Assembly: GCA_964016885.1 (NCBI GenBank)
Contig: OZ024752.1
Coordinates: forward strand, 23,684,001-23,748,000
Length of the DNA stretch: 64,000 nucleotides
Source: Eledone cirrhosa
Taxonomy: Eukaryota
Direction: 5' to 3'
Both the position numbers and the translations under genes were made by a program. A model generated the notes under the pieces. The model did not search any database and was not told the DNA's origin. It saw only the letters and a program-made list of their open reading frames with translations. Shown here in pieces: positions 1 through 13,340 of this stretch (position 1 is the first letter of the stretch; each line of letters begins with the position of its first letter).

Positions 1-1673
1 GAAGGCAAAATACACACTTGCCCTAAATTGTCTGGGGATACGTTGTTGTTAATTCTATCGCGTAGATGAATGTAGCATTCAGATCGAAGTTTCTTTTGAT
101 TTAATTTAATGAACCATAATCTCTCGGACTCCATTTTAACGGCCATATCAACAGCAAATTGTTGGAAAAGGTCCCGAGAACGGTGTAGATGGTTGAATGA
201 ATTGTCCCTTACGATAAATCGGAAAGCGTAGAAATCCATGCAGGTGATATTTTGCTAAGATGTGCCTCACCATTGCCTGCTGAATATTGAGGAATGCCGA
301 AATTGTATCCGTCCTCACCGTTGACAAATAGCAATGGATACTGGACTGCATCGTAGGATCTGTGTGTCTCATTGATACGCTGTAATATCCTGTCTCGGTG
401 CTTTAGAATGGCATCTCTCTTGTTGTGCTGTTCACTACAAATAACCGCAGCAATCTCATTACATGTTGGTGCGTTGAACCGGCCAGCGTTTTCTCCAGAT
501 GGCCTTCGGTCAGCATGTATGACCACACTAAAGTTTGGGTCGGTGGCTGTTTTCAAAGCATACTTGAAACTGCGAACATAGCTGTTTTTGTCATGAAGCA
601 TTTCTTGAAATTTTATTATGGTTTCAATGTTAGTTTCGGACGAAATAGTTTCGCATCTCTGCCTACTCTTGATAGTTTCCTACGAAGTATAACTGAGGAA
701 ATTGAGGATCCTTTTCTGCCAGAGCCTGAATAGACCCAATCAAGTGGTAGATCTGCCCCTGGACCTCAAGGCAAGCTTTGCTCCGAAGGATGTCATCTGA
801 AATTCGGAATTGTAGCGGCGGATATTACGCAGAAACATCGATGATTCCTCCGTCGTGACTGTCAAATGGAGTTGCAATGTCTCTGGAGGGTCGTGAATAG
901 GAGGTAGTCTAACTTTACCGTTTGAACAGCACATTCCATCTCTCTCCCATGGCCACTTTTTCGTACGACAAAACTGGCAAGTAGAGGTCATTTCTCCAAT
1001 TTGAATATCTGCATGGACGGCGTAGTCGTGAATTGCAAGTCCTAGAAATGCCACGTAACGATGATCGCCGCTGTTCACTTTGCAGAAGTCGGCCACGTCG
1101 TTGCTGTATGGTTTCAGTATTTAGTGCAGCAGCAGTGGCAGCGGCGTCCCTGCTTCAACGAACGGCGCGTCGTCCTTCATCCTCTCGAGCGCTAGCAGCG
1201 GATGTTGCAGTGGCGTCCCTGCTTCGTTGAACGGCACGTCGTCCTTCATCCTCTCGAGCGCGAACAGCGGATGTTGCAGTGGAGTCCCTACTTCGTCGAA
1301 CCGCGCGTCGTCCTTCATCTTCTCGAGCGCGAGCTGCGGATTTTGCAGCGAAGTCTCTGCTTTATCGAACGGCACGTGATCCTTCATCCTCTCGAGCGTG
1401 AGCAGCGAATGTTGTAGCGGCGTCCCTGCTTCGTCGAACGGCACGTTGCCCTTCATCCTCTCGAGCGCGAGCAGCAGCAGTCGCGACAGCATCTTTGTTC
1501 CGTCGAAGTTCACGCCGACTGTCATCCTCCTCCGCTCTTGCAGCTGGCGTCTGCACAGCATTCTGTGAGAGCCTGATCGCAATCGCATTTACATCTTCGG
1601 TGAGACGCCTTCGCTTAGACCTACTTGCATCATTAGATAATCGACCAATGAAAGTTCTTTTCTTGGGGGACAT
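1..1673 (-). pseudogene. Helitron RepHel N-terminal region, with stop and frameshifts
   Basis: ORFs 1362..1673 (MSPKKR..., 23-aa repeats), 740..1096 (CQFC...CCSNGKV, YNSEFQMTSFG) and 209..601 (RFNAPTCNEIA, HRSYDAVQYPLLF..GEDGY) carry conserved Helitron N-terminal motifs. Confidence 0.9.
1130..1560 (-). repeat. 69-bp coding tandem repeat (about 5-6 units; 23-aa STPR-like)
   Basis: CTTCATC(C/T)TCTCGAGCG recurs at 1175, 1244, 1313, 1382 and 1451, a period of 69. Confidence 0.9.
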
Positions 1674-3718
1674 TGTTTTTAGAAAATTAACCAGGGAGAA
1701 CGATAAATAGTAGACAAATAACGTTTAAGTAAGCAAATCTAAACACGGATATAAATTGTGAAAAAATGTGATAAATCTATGTGGTCTGACAAAGTGGGTA
1801 TGCTTTGCAAGATTTTGTGTACCAGTCAAATTTAAGCTTTTAAGTTAGGGGCAACGCAGCGTACGGACTACCTGTGATAAAGGAAATTAAATAGTGTGAC
1901 TACAGTGGTAGGTATATAAGTGTCAGTATGTTTGTTCAGTTCGAACATAGCAATAAGTAAGTACTAACCATTGAAAGGATACAGTCAATAATGGCCGAAA
2001 TATCACAGCATGATAATCTGGAACCATAACTAAACCTCCTTTAAGGTGACAAATGTTGAAGAAAGATGCGTTTCAGAAACACGGGTTAGCTTATGAGAGT
2101 ACGCATGTAAAAAAACTTACCACTTGTTAAAAGCCAAAAAAGAAGTGTGATCCTAGGTCGGACTTGTCCGATATAAATAGAAGTGATTTCGCTCAAAGAA
2201 CAACACTTGAGTTGTCTGATTGGTTAGATAATACAAATAAGTGTGATGAAATCTACTGAACACAACTCACTGATGTGTGGTTGGCCAGAGGTCGCCATTT
2301 CGCACTTAACTGAGGTGCAATTAAACGGGGGAGACAACCGGGTGCAAAAACTAATCAATCATTCGCACAGTTTAGGCATGAGTGTGAAATAGCCAAATCC
2401 ACATACAGTAGGCGTTAAAATTTACACCTGGGTTAAATCGCGCTTTCTTGGTTAGGAGTGTGAAATGACGCCAAAGTTCAAGGAAAAAAATTTTATCATC
2501 CTAAAGTTAACTAAACAAACTAAAGTTAAGTCAGGAGGATTTAAAAATTCGCTACTCCATTTGTAGGACATGAGTAACCGATGCGTCAACTTTCGTTTAA
2601 ATTGACTTTTATTTCCAGAAGTTGAAATGCTTTGCTGCAACCATAATATGAACTCTAAAAGTGGTCCAAAGAGGCTCACTTCCCTCCCTAGGGAGTTTTC
2701 TTGCAAAATTCAAGTGATAATGAATGGGTGGTGCTTTATCTTATGGCAGGCAATAGCAATTTCGTTTAGTTTTTGTAAGAATCAAGTATAAACTCCCGAG
2801 GTTATGGTGCTTTTTTATTGTGGCAGTTTGAACTTTTATAGGTTAAAAAATTGGGCTCATTGTCCCCGAGGGGTCCTCTTGCTGAATTGAAGTGAAAGTA
2901 AATGTGCCTCACTGTATCTTCATCTGTAGTACATGAAAAACAACTAAGTCGAAATTCGTTTTATTGGACTACCAATTATCGAAGCTATGACGCTTTGCTG
3001 CATTACAATAGCCAAATTCAATAAATGACTCACCGGGGCTTAGTGTCCCCTGGGGGTCCCCTTGCTTGTTCCGGGTATAGACAGTGTCTTCAACATCATC
3101 TTTAGGCAATGGGTAACCAATGTGTCTGGTAAAGTTAAAATCGAACGTAAACTTCAAAGGTTATCAGGTACTAATACAGTGTTAATGTGAACTTCAATAG
3201 ATAAGTCGAAGGGGTTCACTACCCCACCATGGGTCCCCTTGATAAGTTCAAGTAAAAGTTCATGTTTTCACCTACCTTTATAAGCCATGGAGAAAACCAA
3301 ACACCAACTCAAGCAGTTATGACGTTTTGTTGCATTGATGATATCCACTTCAACATTCATAGAGTTGGTTTACTGCCCCCCCCCCCCCCCCCCCCAAGGG
3401 GTCCCCTACCTGAATTTCTGCGCAAGTGCATGCCTGCAAATTTATTTGTAGGCCATAAGCAAACAAAAGACTTATTTTGGTGAAGATGGGAGGCAAACTG
3501 CAGGAATTATGGGGCCTTTATGCAGTAGTACTGCTGACGCCAAGCGAGAGGCTTCTTGGGGGGGGGGCCCACAATAGATGTACAGAAAAATAAAAAAAAG
3601 TCTACGACGCGTAATAGGACTTCAGAAACCTATGTATGAAGTTTGGTGCAAATCGGTTGTAAAATGTAGAAATGCATGCAGTTACAGAGACAGACAGACA
3701 TCTTCTGTTTTATATATA

Positions 3719-3755
3719 CTAGCAGAAAAACCACCCACGGGTGGTTTTCTGCTAG
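3719..3755. terminator. Symmetric Helitron 3'-end-like hairpin plus CTAG
   Basis: CTAGCAGAAAAACCACCC-AC-GGGTGGTTTTCTGCTAG gives a GC hairpin about 8 nt before CTAG on both strands. Confidence 0.65.
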
Positions 3756-4659
3756 CATGTGTAGTGTGTAAATTGATATTATACGCAAGTATATATACAT
3801 GTAGATATGATACATCAAATAAAATCGTAATTAACAATATAAACAGAAATTGAACGAAGACGTTGTTACACTGTCTTATGTAATCAGTAACGTAATCCAT
3901 GATACATTAAAAAAAGAGGATATCTAATATATATTTGTGAAATGGGCGGTGGTTGAAATTCAGATGTGCATGGTTAAATGGTAGTAGACGTGGTCGGACG
4001 GACATGAAAATTTACACACCTATGTAAAAAGTGCCAAGGAAGCAAATAGACGAGGTTTCAAATCTCTAACTTGAAAAAATGTTGTCCCTGGGGCGCCAAA
4101 ACTATCGCGTTCGGTGAGTTATTTTCCCCTGTTCTAATACTTTTGTCTTATTTACAATTTCAATCAACGTTCTTTCGCTGTTAACATACAGTACCAATAA
4201 TTTGAAAAATGTTATTGAAAGTTTATTATAAAGAAACAGTTTCGGGAAAAAAATAGAAATATGCACTTGGGACTGGGCGGCGTACAATGAGAGGTGGAGC
4301 GACGTGAAAAAGCGTTGTTTATTAACAGCGAAATAGCAATGTCGATGATATGCAAGTTTGAAAATGCAAATTAATAAACTGTTGCCTTCTACAGTACGTT
4401 TCATTTTCATTTTTCAATTAGAGTTGCTGTATATTAAATTTAAATACTTCTATAACGATCATACAGTACCGTAAATAAAACCCTTACATTGCGAATCCCA
4501 TGTTCTAATACTGGGGTTAGTTATTTCCCCATCTTCTAATAAACGTATAATTGAGTTATTTCCCCCTGTTCTACTACTTTCAATATTCATTGTCTTAATT
4601 ACAATTTCATACAAATTTTTAAACTCATCAATTTATTTCACTGCGTTCTTTCGCTGTTA

Positions 4660-5996
4660 ACATACAGTACCATTTTACGAAATGCCAATCCGAAAACAGT
4701 CACTGTTTTCCATCAAACGATATAAAACCCTTAAAATGCGAAGAAGGGAGTCATGTTCTCAAGTACGTTTTTTCAGATATCATTTTCATTTTATTTCTAA
4801 TACATGTTAACCACCACTAACAGTAAGTAGTATTTTTCGATTCATTGTCTTATTTAAAATAACATATCAAAGACAACGTTATTTCGCTGTTAATAAACTT
4901 TTGGCTACTACAGTACGTTTCATTTTCATTTTTAAAATACTATTGCTCTATATTAAATTTAAATAATTCTATAACGATCATACAGTACTGTTTTATGAAA
5001 TCGATTCTGCAGTAGAATTTTACGAAATGCCAAAACGAAAAGGGTAACTGTTTTCTACAAAAGAAATAAAACCCTTACATTGCGAACCCCCTGTTCTAAT
5101 ACTGGGGTTAGTTATTTCCCCCTCTTCTAATAAATATATAATATATAGAGGCCCCTCTTGCTGACCAGGGCAATCAAAGTGTAAACTATCATACAGTACC
5201 GTTTTATGAAATCAATTTTACGAAATGCCAAACCGAAAACAGTCACTGTTTTCCATCAAAAGAAATAAAACCCTTAAATTGCGAAGAAGGGAGTCATGTT
5301 CTCAAGTACGTTTTTTCAGATATCATTTTCATTTTATTTCTAATACATGTTAACCACCACTAACAGTAAGTAGTATTTTTCGATTCATTGTCTTATTTAA
5401 AATAACATATCAAAGACAACGTTATTTCGCTGTTAATAAACTTTTGGCTACTACAGTACGTTTCATTTTCATTTTTAAAATACTATTGCTCTATATTAAA
5501 TTTAAATAATTCTATAACGATCATACAGTACTGTTTTATGAAATCGATTCTGCAGTAGAATTTTACGAAATGCCAAAACGAAAAGGGTAACTGTTTTCTA
5601 CAAAAGAAATAAAACCCTTACATTGCGAACCCCCTGTTCTAATACTGGGGTTAGTTATTTCCCCCTCTTCTAATAAATATATAATATATAGAGGCCCCTC
5701 TTGCTGACCAGGGCAATCAAAGTGTAAACTATCATACAGTACCGTTTTATGAAATCAATTTTACGAAATGCCAAACCGAAAACAGTCACTGTTTTCCATC
5801 AAAAGAAATAAAACCCTTAAATTGCGAAGAAGGGAGTCATGTTCTCAAGTACGTTTTTTCAGATATCATTTTCATTTTATTTCTAATACATGTTAACCAC
5901 CACTAACAGTAAGTAGTATTTTTCAATTCATTGTCTTATTTAAAATAACATATCAAAGACAACGTTATTTCGCTGTTAATAAACTTTTGGCTACTA
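4660..5996. repeat. 543-bp tandem repeat, about 2.5 near-identical copies, with shuffled sub-blocks in 4110-4660
   Basis: AATGCCAA(T/A)CCGAAAACAGTCACTG at 4681, 5224 and 5767. Confidence 0.9.
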
Positions 5997-6049
5997 CGCT
6001 TCCATGGTTACGGAGAAAATCGATGAAACAGGAATTTCCTATTCAAATT

Positions 6050-6440
6050 GAACTGAGAGTAATCTGTGAACGCAGAAGTAAATATTTCGAGAAACGTCGC
6101 AACCGAACGAAAACAGGAAGACGATATTTTGGTTCGTGAAGACGTTCCCTGGCAATGAACGGGAAAAAAAGCGAGGATAATACATCGTTATGTGGAGCGT
6201 GAAGAACAATGTCATGCAAAGACAAGACCAAGTTTATGGTATAAATGGAGTCGTTAGACTATTATTCTATTTAAAATAACAGAATGATTTCCAGCCCCGG
6301 AGTTTAAGAATGATGTAAATAAAATTGAAAACGAACATGACAGAGGTTATTAAAATAGTAAAAGTAAATAGTGAAGATTTAGGCCAGTACATATGTATGC
6401 CCCGACGGACATACACATACATACGCACACACAAATACAC
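6050..6440 (-). repeat. Solo fragment of Penelope pseudo-LTR family E
   Basis: AATCTGTGAACGCAGAAGTAAATATTTCG...GGTTCGTGAAGACGTTCCCTGG is shared with the copies at 25117-25640, 53045-53400, 56240-56620 and 57945-58170. Confidence 0.75.
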
Positions 6441-6459
6441 ACACACACGCGCGCGCGCG

Positions 6460-6905
6460 CGTAAGTGTAAACCTTATGCATTTCTACAGTATTTTCACCA
6501 AACTTAAGACATAGGTTACTTATGTACTCCGGATGGTCATGGGCACTGTCATTTTTCCAGATATTGATTATAGGGCCTCCCGGCAGATAACCCCTTTCAC
6601 TACTTTAACCACTTCCTTGGAGTCGCCTGAAGCACTGCAGTGCAATACAACAACGTCATAACTTCTGGAGTTCGCAACCGATTTTCACAAAACTTGACAC
6701 GTGGGCTACGTTTGTCCTACAGATGAATGTGGACTCTCAGAATTGGCACATATTGGGTAGGGGACCCCTGGGGGCAGGAACCCCCTTTTGGAAAAAGTGG
6801 ATGATTTTATAAAAGTATAGTTTTCGAAGCAGCACTGAAGTATTGACATAAATGGTATACACAACTGCTATTTAATATGCGAGCAACGCCGGGTACCTCT
6901 GCTAG
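6460..6905 (+). mobile_element. Short non-autonomous Helitron
   Basis: The 5' part (ATGCATTTCTACA...CACCAAACTT..ACATAGGTT) resembles the Helitron start at 3630-3680 on the minus strand. It ends GAGCAACGCCGGGTACCTCTGCTAG followed by T. Confidence 0.65.
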
Positions 6906-7174
6906 TTATATATAAACTGCATTAGGAGAAAATTATTGACAGAAAATTCGTATGTTTATTTAAGTGATCGCCACCGGAAATGTTGACATCACACACAATC
7001 TCTTTCTATATATATGGTAGTTGAAGTGGTGGTGGTGGCAGCGATTTACCGGAAGTGCAACTTTGAATAGAAGTCAATTTTAAATTATTTACTTTTACGA
7101 AATTATTTTTGTTTACGAAATTTAGTAGATAAATTATGTAATATTCATTCATTATTTATTCAAAGTAATGTGGA

Positions 7175-7357
7175 TTGGCAGTATCGGTAGAGGGTCGGAC
7201 TGACATGCTTTGACGGATAGAGTTACGAAGCTTCTTGGTCTGAATTCAAATCCCGCCGAGGTTAACTTTCCTTTTCATCCTTACGGAGTCGATAAAATAA
7301 AGTACCAGTAATGGACTGGGTATTTGGTGGCTTTGTGCCAAAAAGTAGAAACAATTA
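7175..7357 (+). mobile_element. tRNA-derived SINE
   Basis: TGGCAGTATCGG (A-box-like) and AATTCAAATCCC (B-box-like), then GAGGTTAACTTT..TTTCATCC..GATAAAATAAAGTACCAG. Other copies lie at 17449, 25473 and 32880. Confidence 0.75.
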
Positions 7358-7487
7358 TTTATTCAAAGTAATCCAACTTATTTTACTAACGGGATACAAA
7401 GAAAATAAACCGTACGCAGTCCCGCAGACCCCTTCATTTATTATAGTTTAGATATATATATATAATGTATTTGTATATATATATATG

Positions 7488-7539
<52 letters not shown>

Positions 7540-7552
7540 TGTATATATAATG

Positions 7553-7588
<36 letters not shown>

Positions 7589-7603
7589 TATATAATGTAT
7601 ATA

Positions 7604-7673
<70 letters not shown>

Positions 7674-7709
7674 ATATGAGATCAAAAGATGGTTAAAAGA
7701 GTTCCATGT

Positions 7710-7778
7710 ATTTTATTATGCGCATTTCAAAAACAAATATCATGATGGGATGATATTTGCGTTCTCATCAGATAAAAT
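7710..7778 (-). ncRNA. Hammerhead ribozyme type I (family A)
   Basis: Minus strand: ATTTTAT CTGATGA [stem II] GAAA TGCGCA TA ATAAAAT. Confidence 0.85.
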
Positions 7779-8758
7779 AGGGAGACATGATATGAAGCTT
7801 AAAAACACTTGCGAGCAGTGAAGTGTTAAATCAACATAAATATATATATATAATTTATATATATATACATATATATAATGTTTATATATATGTATATATA
7901 TGAAATATATTTGTGGCACCTTACGATGGGTTAATCCACCATAATAATATGATCACCTTCAGCATAACTTAATTAAACTACTCTATAGTTAATACACTTT
8001 ATGCTTTAAAAATTTCTCTTGGAGGATGCGCATCACCATAGAAATTAGGGTCTATGTTGGGACACATTTTAATAGCTAGGTATAGAAACCCCAGAGTTAC
8101 CTCCCCGCATGCATTAACTCCCCTTAGCCACACACACACTTCCGGGTGGTATTCAATGGCGTTTCTCGAAACGTAACAGCCTCCTGTATTGAACTAAAGA
8201 ACACCAGACTACGATCTCTAACTGGATTGTCGTGGATTATGTGAAGGGCATATAATCGAAAAATACACTCCCCTGACCATGAAAATGCCGAAGTACATGA
8301 AATACTTGACATCCCTTCGCTGTGCATCTCCAATACTTTTAACACTTTTAATGCTTGCACTATTTTTAATGCTTATAATATTTCTCCACACACAGACTAT
8401 ATCAATCATATAAAGAATTTGCCACCAGATCTACCAACCTAACACTCTTGTTTACCTACCTAAGTGCCTCTACCACACATATCTCTCTGCCACACTATAT
8501 AAACAAGACGCACATGCGTGCCACACATATAACATTTGCACTATATAACCGCTTATCTTCATGTTGTATTTTAACCTGTATTTTTGATTTTTGATTGTAC
8601 CTCTTAATATAAATGTAATCTCGAAGTGTGTACTGCCACTCTAAATTCTGTAATGAATGTTGACCCACAATGTTTGAATATGTATCAATGTTTGAATATG
8701 TATCGGTATGTCTCTCGGCTGAAAAGGAGGTCATATAACTATCCATGCATTAATAAAT

Positions 8759-8805
8759 TGCTCCGAAGAATCCAAACCTCGGTTTGGAGGAAACAGCTGT
8801 AAGCA
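8759..8805 (+). ncRNA. Hammerhead-like motif, CCGAAGA core variant (family G)
   Basis: TGCT CCGAAGA ATCCAAAC-CTCG-GTTTGGAG GAAA CAGCTG TA AGCA. Confidence 0.7.
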
Positions 8806-9302
8806 CAATAATGTTTTGAACAGTTCTTTGATTCTTATATTTCATATAACTGCTCTGTAAATCATCTGATGTTTTTACATTGAGCTACTTAACTTACTGG
8901 TAATAAGGTAGTAATACATTACTGCCTACCACTATTTAGGGTGTGTGTAAAATACTTATAACTGCATAAGGTTTTGTATTTACATAACCATAAATAGTAT
9001 AACTAATACTATGTATATATATATATATATACAATGTGTATATATATATATATAATGTATATATATATATATAATGTATATATATATATATATATATAAT
9101 GTAGATATATAATGTGTGTATATATATAATGCATATATATATATAATGTAATGTATATATATAATATATATATAATGTATATATATATATATATATGTAT
9201 ATATATAATATATATATAATGTATATGTATATATAATGTATATATATATATAATGTATATATATATATATATATATATAATGTATATATATATATATATA
9301 TA

Positions 9303-9336
<34 letters not shown>

Positions 9337-9436
9337 TATATATATATCGCTGCCACATGTCCTGCGTCTCCAACAGATAATGAGGGACAGAGACCGTTGG
9401 AGAGAACTCGTCCATGGATCTTGGGAATTTTACCCG

Positions 9437-9796
<360 letters not shown>

Positions 9797-9804
9797 GCAT
9801 CTAT

Positions 9805-9890
<86 letters not shown>

Positions 9891-9892
<2 letters not shown>

Positions 9893-10023
9893 AACCAGTA
9901 AGACCCCGACGGCTGAGCTCAGCCGTCGGGGTCTTACAGGTTCCTATTACCCACTCTACTACCCCAAGTATTGAGTACTTTGGTGCGTTATGGTCCACCT
10001 GGTTCCTTACCACATTTCCTTCG

Positions 10024-10025
<2 letters not shown>
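9891..10025. mobile_element. Fold-back pseudo-LTR fragment (family F)
   Basis: Palindrome centred on CTGAGCTCAG (about 9917) plus the same one-sided extension, in (TA)n. Confidence 0.8.
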
Positions 10026-10058
<33 letters not shown>

Positions 10059-10059
10059 G

Positions 10060-10144
<85 letters not shown>

Positions 10145-10149
<5 letters not shown>

Positions 10150-10528
10150 TAAAAGGAAAAGAAAATGCTGACAAATTGTTCCCAGTGAAATATAGTTTAA
10201 TTAGGAATAAGTAAAAATTAGTAATAGTATTGGTTATTATTCAGTTTTGGTTTTAAGTTATACCGGTTGCGCATTTCTAATGCTTTTCAAAAATAATTTT
10301 GAGATAGAGCGCCCGTGATGTTTGCTCTAATCTCACAGATTATTTTTGAAAAGCATTAGAAATGCGCAACCGGTATAACTTAAAACCAAAACTGAATAAT
10401 AACCAATACTATTACTAATTTTTGCTTATTCCTAATTAAACTATTTTTCACTGGGAACAATTTGTCAGCATTTTCTTTTCCTTTTATCAATATATCATAA
10501 CTCGTGTGTTACACCTCTATTCTTTTAA
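10145..10528. repeat. Fold-back element (family D) with about 155-bp inverted arms
   Basis: 10145-10298 is the reverse complement of about 10339-10493. A single-arm copy lies at 31230-31457. Confidence 0.85.
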
Positions 10529-10822
10529 ATATATATATATATAGTTATGAAATAAACAACATAAGATAATTATTTCATTTACATCTCCAACCGGGATTGA
10601 TTTAGTATTACTTCACTTATACAGCTCCAACCGGGATTGATTGGTAAATGAAATAATTATCTCATGTTGTTTATAAATATTATGTTACGTTGTTTCATAA
10701 CTATTAAGCTCTGTAACCTACATAGAGCACTCTTTTTTCCTGGACCTTTCCGACGGAATTACTTCATTTATATATATTAATTCAAAATATTAACAAAAAT
10801 AGACATTCATATGATCAAGTAT

Positions 10823-10887
10823 ATTTTATTATACATATTTCAGAGGTACTGAGCTAACTTCAACAGTACGTCCTCATCAGATAAAAT
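10823..10887 (-). ncRNA. Hammerhead ribozyme type I (family H)
   Basis: Minus strand: ATTTTAT CTGATGA GGACGTACTG...CAGTACCTCT GAAA TATGTA TA ATAAAAT. It sits in repeat 10772-11220, which is inverted relative to 16980-17413. Confidence 0.8.
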
Positions 10888-11291
10888 AAGATGATGCATG
10901 ACATACTCTGACATAGTAGATGGTTAAGATTCAGTCATTGTAGTGAGTAAGATGTGACAAAACTCAATATTTATATACCTTAAGATTGAGACATGACAAA
11001 ATTTACATATAATACATATAATACAGAGGGTGCGTGTGAGAAAGCTTAAAAATACATAACACCAATTTACATAACTGTTAGAGATTCAAATAATTTAAAT
11101 TATTGAAGAAAGAGGAAAGAAAAAATAAAGACAGAGAGAAAACAGATGAGGGGATAATATAGCTAGTAGAAGTATAGAGAGCAAAAGAGAATTGATTAAG
11201 GAAAGAGAGACAAAGAGGAATAATTTTTATAGTGTATATATATAGAGAGAGAGAATTCACAAGAATTAAACCTATGTTCAAAGCATTTATT

Positions 11292-11338
11292 CACTTACAT
11301 TTGTTTCATCCAAACCTAGGCTTGGAGTCTTCGGAGCA
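11292..11338 (-). ncRNA. Hammerhead-like motif, CCGAAGA core variant (family G)
   Basis: Minus strand: TGCT CCGAAGA CTCCAAGC-CTAG-GTTTGGAT GAAA CAAATG TA AGTG. Confidence 0.6.
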
Positions 11339-12165
11339 TTTTACAATGCTTGTACATATAATTGACTTCCTATCCAACGCAAGAGACATACAGATACATA
11401 TATATATATTGATGTACAGTGAAGTGACATATATTATACTATACTACATTTGTATAGCAATTCAAATTTAAAATCAAAATTAAAATACATGCGGCAGATA
11501 ACACAGATAATGCAAGAGGATAGTTCGATAATCAGATCTAGTAGATAGTGTATGCGTTAGTCATACATGGAGCATGCAAGTGTGTCTCATTATATACGAG
11601 TATTGTGTGGCAAGGTATTACATGTAATACAAGCACTTTAAGCGGGTAAGCAAGAGTATTATGGTAGTTGTAGTGGGGGGGGGGGGTATTTTTTGTATAG
11701 ATCAAAAAAGTATGTGTGCAGAAAAAGAAAAAGAAAAAGAAAGTTATAGTTTTCGCATCCACCACCATTTTCACATTCAGAAAAAGGAAGTTATAGTTTT
11801 CACATCCATCACATATGTTACGATGAATTCGTATTGAATGTTTGATGTAGTAAATGATTGTAACGTATTGAGGCTCAGGTGTTATTTAATCCATATTTAT
11901 TGAATAGGTTCTTTCTGCTGCGAGAATTTACAGTGGTTTATTATCCGGAAGTAGGTGTGTAATTAAGGGGAGTTAATGCGTAAGGGGAGGTAACTAGCTG
12001 ATTCTCATAACTGAATTCATTGTTCTAACATGCCTTATATGGTGCCTCAATTGAGTCCCTTATATAAAAGGTTATATATTTATATTTAATTTTAAATACA
12101 GTCTACTCTCTCATAATGTATTAAAAGTGTCTATAGGAAGTTGATTACTCCTTATTATATAGCGC

Positions 12166-12268
<103 letters not shown>

Positions 12269-12370
12269 TTGAGGTTGGTAATGGCACATGGAATATATAA
12301 GAGACAGAATACTTTTTTGTGAAAAAACATATAATTTTATAAGGTAAGGAAATAATAAAGGGTATAAAAA

Positions 12371-12413
12371 AATGACCGGTTTCGATGGGTCTGCAAAAGC
12401 CATCTTTTCAAAT
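12371..12413 (-). ncRNA. Degenerate hammerhead motif
   Basis: Minus strand: AT TTGAAAA GATGG...CCATC GAAA CCGG TC AT, with two core mismatches. Confidence 0.35.
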
Positions 12414-12944
12414 GTTGATTAATATTAAGAAAAATTAATTATAAGAAGAGTTAAAATTTGAGATTTGAAAATTCAAGTATAAAATTCATTGTGGGATTTC
12501 ATAGTAGTTTTCATCTTGGTAGCCGCAAGTTGACTGATGTGTGCCTTTCTGGTAGTGAGTGAATGAGAAGTTATTTGGAGGTGTGGGTTATTTTATAAAG
12601 GTCAGATTTAGCAATGGCCAGATGGCCAGCTGCTGGTCAGTGAGGGGGTGGAAGCAATATACATACATATATCTCCCTGTGGTCGGTAGGAGAGGGGAGA
12701 TTGATAGAAAGGGATTTAGTGCACTTACACCTATATATACACACATACCTTCATCCACACATACATACATATACATATACATACACATAAATATATATAT
12801 ATATATACATATACATATACACACATACATACACACACACATACATATACATACACACATACACACACACATATATGCACATACACACACATATATATAT
12901 ACACACACACACATATATATATACATACACATACATCCAGATAC

Positions 12945-13007
<63 letters not shown>

Positions 13008-13024
13008 CACATACACACACATAT

Positions 13025-13055
<31 letters not shown>

Positions 13056-13077
13056 CACATACGGATACATCCAGAAA

Positions 13078-13121
<44 letters not shown>

Positions 13122-13142
13122 CAATACATACATCCACATGCA

Positions 13143-13189
<47 letters not shown>

Positions 13190-13340
13190 ATATATACACC
13201 CACACACAGAGAAATGGCCTCCAAATATATATATATACATACACATATATTTTTTCCATAATATAAGAAGTTAGGACAGTGAAATTAAAATACAAGTCAT
13301 TCTGATCACATTGAGCTCTTCATATATATGTGTGTGTGTG

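Larger units (their letters stand above)
1..3718 (-). mobile_element. Helitron (RepHel-encoding), 5' portion; runs off the window start
   Basis: Minus strand begins TATATATAAAACAGAAGATGTCTGTCTG...ACCGATTTGCACCAAACTT, a Helitron-like 5' end also seen at 24557. About 2 kb of noncoding leader precedes the RepHel N-terminal fragments. Confidence 0.8.
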
